DNA of 64,000 nucleotides from Escherichia coli (GTDB lineage Bacteria; Pseudomonadota; Gammaproteobacteria; Enterobacterales; Enterobacteriaceae): NCBI RefSeq assembly GCF_024223415.1, contig NZ_CP100500.1; one strand, 5' to 3'. Shown piece by piece: positions 56,626 to 64,000 of this stretch (position 1 is its first letter; each line of letters starts with the position of its first letter). The notes under the pieces were generated by a model. It saw only the letters and a program-made list of their open reading frames with translations, ran no database searches and was not told where the DNA came from. The position numbers and the translations under genes were made by a program.

Positions 56626-57108
56626 TTATTTTCTTGAGCACACTATACTAATGTATCCCAGAAGAGGTCCTGTGCATAATCCTGTTGCTGCCCATAATAC
56701 AGCAAGTGAAATATCAGGACCATCTGTATCCGGATAAAATCCTCCATAATAAACAGCAAATACAGTAGAGTATGCATTGAATGCAGGTAAACTACTGTTC
56801 ATGCACGGTATCTGAAGGAGTAAAAGAAGAACATACACTGTTATTATTACTGATATAATGATTGCCAACATGGCAGAAATGTGCAGGGATATCATGTAAT
56901 TTATAGCAGCAATACATAACACAGACGTTGCTATACCGGGAAGTAATGAAGCATAAATTTTCTTTAATATGTCAGGCGTCGCTCCCAGAGCATAGTACCA
57001 TGCCCAGCCAATAAATATAGCCCACACAGGAATATTAATCCCCGGCCATGAAGCCAGGCATGACAGCCCTGCTAACAGGGCTATGGTAAGATTCATCGGT
57101 AATTTCAT
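56626..57108 (-). CDS. inner-membrane protein, DUF1097-like
   Basis: 160 aa with 4-5 TM segments. Last gene of the carboxylase operon. The family name is from memory. Confidence 0.55.
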   Translation of the reverse strand: MKLPMNLTIALLAGLSCLASWPGINIPVWAIFIGWAWYYALGATPDILKKIYASLLPGIATSVLCIAAINYMISLHISAMLAIIISVIITVYVLLLLLQIPCMNSSLPAFNAYSTVFAVYYGGFYPDTDGPDISLAVLWAATGLCTGPLLGYISIVCSRK

Positions 57109-57122
57109 TTCAGACGCACCTG

Positions 57123-58109
57123 TTATGAGCCATAAGATAATGAATTAATGAGAAGGTTGAGTCTTTCATTAAATTCTTTACGGATTTCCAGAGCTTTATC
57201 CATACTGACTTGTGAAAATGTCACACTGGAGCCGGGTGCAAGTTGAGCCAGAATATCGAGATCAGTACTCACTACTGTCCCCACTGTCATATATCCCCCT
57301 CCTGATACAGCATCCCTGTGCAAAACTATTGGTGTGCTTCCAGAGGGAACCTGAATTGATCCCACGGGATAACAGGCATCAACGATATTTGATGGATCTG
57401 AACCAGCACCAAATGGCGGGTGCCGATCAACAAAATTAAGTGAGCGCCCTCCCTGAAACCTGAAACCTGTTCTGTCTGAATCCTTACTGATCTTCCATAC
57501 ATCATCAAAAAAACTTTCAACTGATTCCTGTTTCAGGCGATGGATATACATTCCGGGTACAACACGTAATTCATTTTCTTTAGTAAAAACTGGACGTAAC
57601 TCATCTGGCAGAGTGTAATTTATACGCCCTTTATTACATATTGCTTCCTGTACGGGTAATTCATCTCCGGCCTGTAACCGACGTCCTTTATAACCACCAA
57701 GACTGCCAAGGAGGTAAGTAGAACGACTTCCGGCAATAACAGGGACATTAATACCTCCCGCGATGGCAAGGTAACAGCGTACACCCACCGTGGTGTATGC
57801 GATTTTTAATATCTGTCCTTTCCGGGCTAACAGGGATGTATTCACCGGAACACTCTGATTATCCAGGGTCACCGTAAAAGGGGCACCGCTGACTGCAAAA
57901 AGAGTATCCTGCTCAAACAAGAGTTCGGGCCCCAGTAATGTGCATTCCAGCGCTGCATCAAACGGGTGATTACCGACAAGCAAATTGGCGGTAACTAACC
58001 CTGTACGATCTAATGCACCGGATGGCGGGATCCCGAGATGATAAAAGCCTTCTCGTCCTCCGTCCTGAACGGACGTGGATAATCCGGGCGTCAATACTTT
58101 AATTCCCAT
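57123..58109 (-). CDS. KipA/PxpC-like subunit (allophanate hydrolase subunit 2 family)
   Basis: MGIKVLTPGLSTSVQDGGREGFYHLGIPPSGALD is the hallmark N-terminus of this family. Overlaps the upstream gene by 11 nt. Confidence 0.8.
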   Translation of the reverse strand: MGIKVLTPGLSTSVQDGGREGFYHLGIPPSGALDRTGLVTANLLVGNHPFDAALECTLLGPELLFEQDTLFAVSGAPFTVTLDNQSVPVNTSLLARKGQILKIAYTTVGVRCYLAIAGGINVPVIAGSRSTYLLGSLGGYKGRRLQAGDELPVQEAICNKGRINYTLPDELRPVFTKENELRVVPGMYIHRLKQESVESFFDDVWKISKDSDRTGFRFQGGRSLNFVDRHPPFGAGSDPSNIVDACYPVGSIQVPSGSTPIVLHRDAVSGGGYMTVGTVVSTDLDILAQLAPGSSVTFSQVSMDKALEIRKEFNERLNLLINSLSYGS

Positions 58110-58983
58110 ACAGTTCTCCCAGTAAATTTTTAGTATAATCTTCAGGATTTTCTTCAAATGCGTTCAAATCAAAATTTACAGGCCTGATAAGTAATTCAAA
58201 ATTACCAGATTCCACATCACTTATACATTGATTATATTGTTCAGTATTGATCGCCCTGAACTTAATGATGTCCCCTGCCCGGAAAAACACCATAGAGTCT
58301 TTGAAATATGATAATTTCTGTTCTGTGTCATAAATCGGAGCTGGTGTTATACCGAACAATTGATACCCACCTGCCCCCCGGACTGGATATATAGCCCCGA
58401 AGCACCCGCCATGACCAACAGAATGTTTTGGTGTATCAGTTCTGGGAACAAGATATTTTGGAACCTGGATTTGCTTTTTCCGGTCAACCATCTGATACAT
58501 AAAAGGCAGCCCGGCAACGAAGCCAACCATAGAAACAAACCAGGGACTTGAATGATGGGCCTCAATAAACGTCTGAACATCCGGATATCCGTTTATTTCA
58601 GCAGCATACTCAAGATCGGTTAATGCCGGGTTTTGATGATTATTCCGGAACCGCATCAGGGTTTCATGAGTCCATGGATCATTATACAATACAGGAATTT
58701 CAATTATACGTGTCTGTAGTGTCATTTCTCCATTCCCGGAGAGCACATTAACATTTCGTATCTGTTGTAACAAATCATCAGGGTGTATAATGTCGGGATT
58801 AAATCTTATCTGACATGATGCATTTGCAAGGCAAATATCGAGCACACCATTAATATTTAATGATTCTATTTTTCTCGTAAGAGACAAGCTGTGAAAAAAT
58901 GCTTTAAGAGACATTTCCTCACTGACTTCGATGAAAAGATGCTCATCAGCACCAAATGTATAGCGCAAATTTATATCAGTCAT
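58099..58983 (-). CDS. KipI/PxpB-like subunit (allophanate hydrolase subunit 1 family), N-terminally extended
   Basis: 294 aa; ...PWFVSMVGFVAGLPFMYQ...VPRTDTPKHSVGHGGCFGAIYPVRGAGGYQLFGITPAPIYD fits the cyclophilin-like AHS1 pattern. Confidence 0.75.
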   Translation of the reverse strand: MTDINLRYTFGADEHLFIEVSEEMSLKAFFHSLSLTRKIESLNINGVLDICLANASCQIRFNPDIIHPDDLLQQIRNVNVLSGNGEMTLQTRIIEIPVLYNDPWTHETLMRFRNNHQNPALTDLEYAAEINGYPDVQTFIEAHHSSPWFVSMVGFVAGLPFMYQMVDRKKQIQVPKYLVPRTDTPKHSVGHGGCFGAIYPVRGAGGYQLFGITPAPIYDTEQKLSYFKDSMVFFRAGDIIKFRAINTEQYNQCISDVESGNFELLIRPVNFDLNAFEENPEDYTKNLLGELYGN

Positions 58984-58992
58984 ACAGGTTCC

Positions 58993-60354
58993 TCATTTAA
59001 ATGCACCGGTATTCAGCCAGTCTTCAAGCGTTTTATTATGAAACTGAGCATTTCTGAAAAACTCAGCTGATAATAATGCTTCATGAAGAGGTATAGTTGT
59101 ATGAACGCCTTCTATTTGCATATTACCAAGGGTCTCCCGGGCAAGACTTATCGTTTTTTCTCTGCTGTCAGTATGAATAATAAGTTTTGCCAGTAAAGAA
59201 TCATACCAGAGAGGCATCTTATACCCTTCAAACATGTGAGTATCGACTCTTATTCCCTGCCCTTCAGGTATCTGCAATACCGATATTGTTCCGGGACTGG
59301 GCATAAAACCATTGTAAGGATTTTCTGCATTAATCCTCATTTCAATTGCAGCTCCCTGTAACGTAATCTCATCCTGTCCAAACGACAGAGAGTCGCCCCC
59401 GGCAATTCTCAGCATCCAGTCGATAATATCAATGCCTGTGACCATTTCTGTAACCGGATGTTCAACCTGAATCCGCGTATTCATTTCAATAAAAAAGAAT
59501 TCCCCGCTCCGGTCATCGACCAGGTACTCAATAGTTCCTGCGCTTGAATAATTCAGCATTCTGGCGAGATTCAGTGCACTCTGACATAAGGCCTCACGTA
59601 GTGACGCTGAAACAGAAGGCGATGGCGCTTCTTCTGTCACTTTTTGTCTTTTTCTCTGCAGAGAACACTCTCGTTCAAACAGGTGAACGATGTTTTTTCC
59701 GTCTCCAAGGATCTGAACTTCAACATGACGGGCTTCCGGTATATAACGTTCCAGATATACACCATCGTGCCCGAAAGCTGCTTTTGCTTCAGCACGCGCT
59801 ACTGTATATTCATGCACCAGCTGTTCCGGAGAATGTACAATCCGTATCCCCTTCCCGCCTCCCCCGGCCGAGGCCTTTATCAATAAAGGATATCCGGTAA
59901 TATCCGATGCTACTGATAATGCCTCCTCAGGGCTTATAACCTCGCCATTTGAGCCTGGTACAACCGGGACACCTGCCTTTATCGCGCAATCTCTCGCGAT
60001 TGCTTTATCCCCCATTTGCTCAATAATCTGAGGAGATGGCCCAACAAAAATAAGCCCTGCATCGAGCACCGCACGGGCAAAAGACGCATTCTCCGACAGA
60101 AAACCATATCCGGGATGAATGGCCTGAGCGCCAGACTGAAGGGCTGCATCAATTATCTTCTTTCCGTCCAGATAACTGTCATCGGCACGGGATTTACCTA
60201 TGACAATAACTTCATCGGCGCTCTTTGCCGGAAGAGAATTGATGTCTGATTCGCTACATGCCAGCACCGTTTTTATATTCAGCTTCTTTGCACTTCGTAT
60301 AATTCGTAATGCAATCTCACCTCTGTTGGCAATAAGCAGTTTTTGAATACTCAT
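58993..60354 (-). CDS. biotin carboxylase (AccC-like, ATP-grasp)
   Basis: 453 aa; KLLIANRGEIALRIIRSAK...IHPGYGFLSEN...GYPLLIKASAGGGGKGIR...EMNTRIQVEHPVTE. Confidence 0.9.
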   Translation of the reverse strand: MSIQKLLIANRGEIALRIIRSAKKLNIKTVLACSESDINSLPAKSADEVIVIGKSRADDSYLDGKKIIDAALQSGAQAIHPGYGFLSENASFARAVLDAGLIFVGPSPQIIEQMGDKAIARDCAIKAGVPVVPGSNGEVISPEEALSVASDITGYPLLIKASAGGGGKGIRIVHSPEQLVHEYTVARAEAKAAFGHDGVYLERYIPEARHVEVQILGDGKNIVHLFERECSLQRKRQKVTEEAPSPSVSASLREALCQSALNLARMLNYSSAGTIEYLVDDRSGEFFFIEMNTRIQVEHPVTEMVTGIDIIDWMLRIAGGDSLSFGQDEITLQGAAIEMRINAENPYNGFMPSPGTISVLQIPEGQGIRVDTHMFEGYKMPLWYDSLLAKLIIHTDSREKTISLARETLGNMQIEGVHTTIPLHEALLSAEFFRNAQFHNKTLEDWLNTGAFK

Positions 60355-60364
60355 GCTCAGTTCC

Positions 60365-60610
60365 TTATATTATTTCTATGGTAGCCAGTACCTGACCAGG
60401 TTCCACTTCCTCCCCATTCTCCACCTTAAACTGGATATTAGTCCCGGTTGTTTCAGCATGAATTTCGTTAAACTGCTTCATTATTTCAATCAACCCAATG
60501 ACGGTACTCTCCTGAACAGTGTCACCATTCTCCAGAAACGGGGCACTATCAGGTGCTGGTTTCCGATAAAATACACCAGGTAAAGGTGAAAGAATTTCTG
60601 TAACAGCCAT
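60365..60610 (-). CDS. biotin carboxyl carrier protein-like (biotinyl/lipoyl domain)
   Basis: 81 aa with GGAGGA 5 nt before the ATG at 60610 (alternative start at 60622). LIEIMKQFNEI occupies the place of the canonical E(A/V)MKM biotinylation motif. Confidence 0.7.
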   Translation of the reverse strand: MAVTEILSPLPGVFYRKPAPDSAPFLENGDTVQESTVIGLIEIMKQFNEIHAETTGTNIQFKVENGEEVEPGQVLATIEII

Positions 60611-60627
60611 AACATCCTCCATGTATA

Positions 60628-61389
60628 TCAGTTTTGAGAATTTACACTTATGTCTGCCTCACGTAAGGCTTTATTTATTGCAATCAGAAGAGATAAGGCA
60701 CCGGGCGTATCACTATGGACACAGACAGAAGAGAAATGAATGTCAATATCCTGATCTTCTACAGTACGAACTTTTCCCTCCAGACAGGCACGCAGCACTT
60801 TTTTTGCGACATCATCAGGATTAAGAGGTTCAGTTCTCCGTATAAATACAATGGAACCGCTTTGATCATAATCCCTGTCGGCATAAAACTCACAAATAAC
60901 AGGATGTCCGATTTGCGTCGCTTCTTTCCAGATGGCACTACCATACATGCAATATATTCTCAATTCAGGCGCATAACTATGAAGCGTTGAGACAAAATGC
61001 TTTGCAGCATCCCGATCATGAGCAAGATGCATATACAACGCGCCATGAGGCTTAACATGGTTTACAGGCACATTGTGTAATGTGGCAAATTCACGCAAGG
61101 CCCCCAGCTGATAAATCATGTCATTGGTGATTTCCTCTGCGGTGCAGTGAATATGACGCCGGCCAAAACCAGCCAGATCACGATAACCGGGATGAGCACC
61201 GACAGACACACCACTGTCACGGGCGCTGATTATTGTACGGTGCATAATCCCCGGATCACCTGCATGAAAACCTGTCGCTATATTCGCTGAGGAGATGTAT
61301 GGCATAATATCAATATCCCGGATATCTCCGAGAGTCCATGCTCCAAAGCTTTCCCCCATATCAGAGCTGATATCAATACTGCGAAGCAT
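60628..61389 (-). CDS. LamB/YcsF (PxpA-like) lactamase-family subunit
   Basis: GGAGG SD. IDISSDMGESFGAW...ANIATGFHAGDP..M......A...GVSVGAHPGY.DL.GFGRR...VKPHGALY is the family signature. Confidence 0.85.
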   Translation of the reverse strand: MLRSIDISSDMGESFGAWTLGDIRDIDIMPYISSANIATGFHAGDPGIMHRTIISARDSGVSVGAHPGYRDLAGFGRRHIHCTAEEITNDMIYQLGALREFATLHNVPVNHVKPHGALYMHLAHDRDAAKHFVSTLHSYAPELRIYCMYGSAIWKEATQIGHPVICEFYADRDYDQSGSIVFIRRTEPLNPDDVAKKVLRACLEGKVRTVEDQDIDIHFSSVCVHSDTPGALSLLIAINKALREADISVNSQN

Positions 61390-61531
61390 TAAAACCTCCG
61401 TCTGACAAATACGGTAACAGTATGTCATGTAGCACATTTGTTTCTTTATTGTAAATTATTATTTTTCTATGGTAATATATTAAATTTATTTATAATTACT
61501 GTTGCAAAAATATCTTTATCAGGAAAATTTG

Positions 61532-62467
61532 ATGAACATCACACTCAGACAGATAAAATATTTCGTATCAACAGCGGAGTCCGGATCGTTATCAACTGCA
61601 GCCAAATCACTCAATATTTCACAGTCTGCGATAACAACAGCAATTCAGGGGCTTGAAAGGGACATCGGTTATAAATTACTGATTCGCTCAAAATCTGGCG
61701 TTGATTTAACAGATGAGGGAAGACTGTTCTTATACAATGCCTACAATATTATCCGGACATATGATGAGGCAATAAATACAGTGCATGTTCAGAAGCCTTT
61801 GCATGGAACAGTTTCCATTGCGGCGACTTATACAATAATGGGATATTTTTTACCTGTTCATCTGAAACAATTTTCAAGAATTTATCCACATATAAAGCTG
61901 GAGCTTTTTGAAAATCAAAGAAGCATTATTGAAACCGGACTTCTCAGCGGAAAATATGATATTGGGATTGTAATCAATGATAATCTGACATGTCCCGATA
62001 TTGTATCAGAAACACTGTTACGGTCGGAGCGCCGTATATGGTTACCATCCGGCCACCCTCTGCTGGAAAAAGAAATTCTCTCCCTGAATGATATTGTCTC
62101 AGAGCCTTTTATTATCCTTGATGTGGATGAAGCATGGGAAACAGCAAAACGTTACTGGAATACGGCCAGTACCATGCCAGATGTAATTTTACATACGCAT
62201 TCTATTGAAGCTGTACGAAGTATGGTTGCGAATGATATGGGTATAACCATTCTTTCTGACATGGTTTATCGCCCATGGTCGCTTGAAGGGAAACGTATAG
62301 AAACACGCGCATTATCTAAATCAGAAGTTTTCCCAATGAGTATTGGCCTGGCATGGCGTAATAATGTTGAGTTTACGCCTGCAATGCAGGCTTTCATCAA
62401 TTATTTCAGAAAGATTTTTATGTGTTCTCCCGGTTATCAAAACCGGAATGTTGACCACTTTATCTGA
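61532..62467 (+). CDS. LysR-family transcriptional regulator, divergent from the carboxylase operon
   Basis: MNITLRQIKYFVSTAESGSLSTAAKSLNISQSAITTAIQGLE is a LysR HTH. 311 aa. Confidence 0.85.
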   Translation: MNITLRQIKYFVSTAESGSLSTAAKSLNISQSAITTAIQGLERDIGYKLLIRSKSGVDLTDEGRLFLYNAYNIIRTYDEAINTVHVQKPLHGTVSIAATYTIMGYFLPVHLKQFSRIYPHIKLELFENQRSIIETGLLSGKYDIGIVINDNLTCPDIVSETLLRSERRIWLPSGHPLLEKEILSLNDIVSEPFIILDVDEAWETAKRYWNTASTMPDVILHTHSIEAVRSMVANDMGITILSDMVYRPWSLEGKRIETRALSKSEVFPMSIGLAWRNNVEFTPAMQAFINYFRKIFMCSPGYQNRNVDHFI

Positions 62468-62608
62468 TGTGTTAAAGACATCACTTTATTATTACCACTA
62501 TAGCTGAACTCATTGAAGATGATTAACTACTGTCTGCTCAGAGAAACGATGTAAAGTGAAATGTGAATACTCCTGACCAGAGTGTTGTTCCCTCTGTTAC
62601 CAGCCACC

Positions 62609-64000
62609 TCAGACCTTTACCAGCACCTGAGGGCAGTGATGGCGCAAACAGGTCAGAAGCGTGGCGAAAGCCTCTTCCATCTGCGCTTCCGGCAGACTCG
62701 CAAATCCCATCAACAGTCCTCTTTTACGCTGTGCTGTCAGGTAGTAAAGCGACAGCGGACGCACCAGTATATTTTGTGCATTGGCGCTGGCCGCAACCGC
62801 AACATCATCAACATCGTCCGGTAAATTTAATATCAGATGCAGCCCGGCATTATCGCTGAAATCTGACAGTGCCTGTGTTCCACAGTGACGTTCAATCAGT
62901 TCACCAAGAAAGGCGCGACGGCGACTGTACAGTAACCGCATACGGCGAATATGAGCAGAATAATGCCCTCCGTTGATAAACTCAGCCAGTGCCATCTGGA
63001 TCAGTGTATGCCCGCCACGATAAAGCTCAGCATGGGCACGTTTTAAAGCCTCTTTCAGCGGGCGCGGTAATACCAGATAACCCAGCCTCAGTCCGGGATA
63101 CACTGTCTTGCTGAAAGTACCAATATACACCACTGGTGCATCGTCAATAAGCCCCTGTAGTGCCGGAACTGGTTGACCGGAAAAGCGAAATTCACTGTCA
63201 TAATCATCTTCCACAATCCAGCTTCCATGCTGTCTGGCAAGGGCCAGCAAGCGTTGCCGTCGCTCAAGACTCATCACCACGCCCAGAGGGTATTGATGGG
63301 ATGGCGTGACGAAAATCAGCCTGGGAGGTGGCATCAGGCGTTCGGGAGGTACCAGACCACTGGCATCAACGGCAACAGGGGTGATCTGCACAGCATTCAT
63401 TGCCAGTACATGGCGTATTCCCCAGTAAGACGGCTCTTCCACCCATGCCATATCACCGGCATCTGCCAGCATGCGTGCAACAAGATCGATCGCCTGATGG
63501 ATACCTTCGGTGATAAGTATCTGATCAGCCTGACAGCGTACGCCACGCGCAATCCGTAAATAATCAACCAGTGCATGCTGTAATTCCGGTGTCCCTCCGG
63601 TACAGCTATAGCTCAGCCGCTCCGGCTCAGGACGGCGACTGATACGCGCCTGAATCCTGCTGAACAGGGGGTGGGGAAAGGCACTGACATCCGGGACGCC
63701 GGGAATAAATGCCCCCCACTGGCACGGACTGGCGCTGACATGCCGGAGCAGATAATCCCCGCGGTGAGAAACAGCAGAACTCAGCCTGGCATCTTCACTT
63801 TTTTCCGTGTTACTGAACGCCATTAAGAAGGTATCAGGAGCCGTCTGTGCGACGAATGTTCCGCTTCCACGACGTGATACCACATATCCTTCCGCCTGTA
63901 ATTGTTCATAAGTTGTTAATACTGTGTTTCTTGAGATTCCAAGTTCAACTGCAAGTTCCCTGGAGGCAGGGAGACGGCTGTGCGGCGGTAAAGAGCCATC
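62609..64000 (-). CDS. MocR/PdxR-type regulator (GntR HTH fused to an aminotransferase-fold domain), N-terminus outside the window
   Basis: The frame is open to base 64000. ...LPASRELAVELGISRNTVLTTYEQLQAEGYVVSRRGSGTFV (GntR HTH) followed by a type-I aminotransferase-like domain (GTFSKTVYPGLRLGY). Confidence 0.8.
   Translation of the reverse strand, partial: DGSLPPHSRLPASRELAVELGISRNTVLTTYEQLQAEGYVVSRRGSGTFVAQTAPDTFLMAFSNTEKSEDARLSSAVSHRGDYLLRHVSASPCQWGAFIPGVPDVSAFPHPLFSRIQARISRRPEPERLSYSCTGGTPELQHALVDYLRIARGVRCQADQILITEGIHQAIDLVARMLADAGDMAWVEEPSYWGIRHVLAMNAVQITPVAVDASGLVPPERLMPPPRLIFVTPSHQYPLGVVMSLERRQRLLALARQHGSWIVEDDYDSEFRFSGQPVPALQGLIDDAPVVYIGTFSKTVYPGLRLGYLVLPRPLKEALKRAHAELYRGGHTLIQMALAEFINGGHYSAHIRRMRLLYSRRRAFLGELIERHCGTQALSDFSDNAGLHLILNLPDDVDDVAVAASANAQNILVRPLSLYYLTAQRKRGLLMGFASLPEAQMEEAFATLLTCLRHHCPQVLVKV

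Overview
This is Escherichia coli chromosome. Every homology call below comes from reading the translations against remembered sequences; no searches were run. The window has four blocks. (1) 1-18.9 kb is the late (head, lysis, tail) half of a P2-like myovirus prophage, ending in gpD and ogr. Unlike canonical P2/186 order, the FI-FII-E/E'-T-U tail block (11.1-17.3 kb) lies on the opposite strand. (2) 18.9-22.6 kb is an islet between ogr and serS that I do not remember in K-12. It holds three decaying copies of a composite unit: a small ORF, two kinds of sRNA-like genes bounded by a promoter and a terminator (8 copies, 8 near-identical intrinsic terminators), and two hok/mok/sok-type type I toxin loci (one intact, one doubly inactivated). 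I consider this block the best candidate for something undescribed. (3) 22.6-37.6 kb is conserved core (serS, rarA, lolA, ftsK, lrp, trxB, cydD, cydC, aat, infA, tRNA-Ser serW), colinear with K-12 in reverse orientation. (4) 37.6-64 kb is a composite island downstream of serW. It starts with a CP4-44/CP4-6-type module: DUF4942, DUF957, DUF5983, a cbtA-family toxin, a cbeA antitoxin with an in-frame amber codon, an extra 214-aa gene, yeeT, radC-like, antirestriction, DUF932, yeeR remnants and antigen 43. A 2442-bp IS66-family element with an 8-bp target duplication sits 2 bp upstream of the flu ATG and separates flu from its Dam/OxyR phase switch. Next come a YeeP-like GTPase, an integrase remnant, and an apparently more AT-rich module (by eye; not computed) with an Fe3+-type ABC transporter. 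The island continues with a LysR-linked operon (LamB/YcsF, BCCP, biotin carboxylase, KipI/KipA-like subunits, DUF1097) and a MocR-type regulator that runs off the window.
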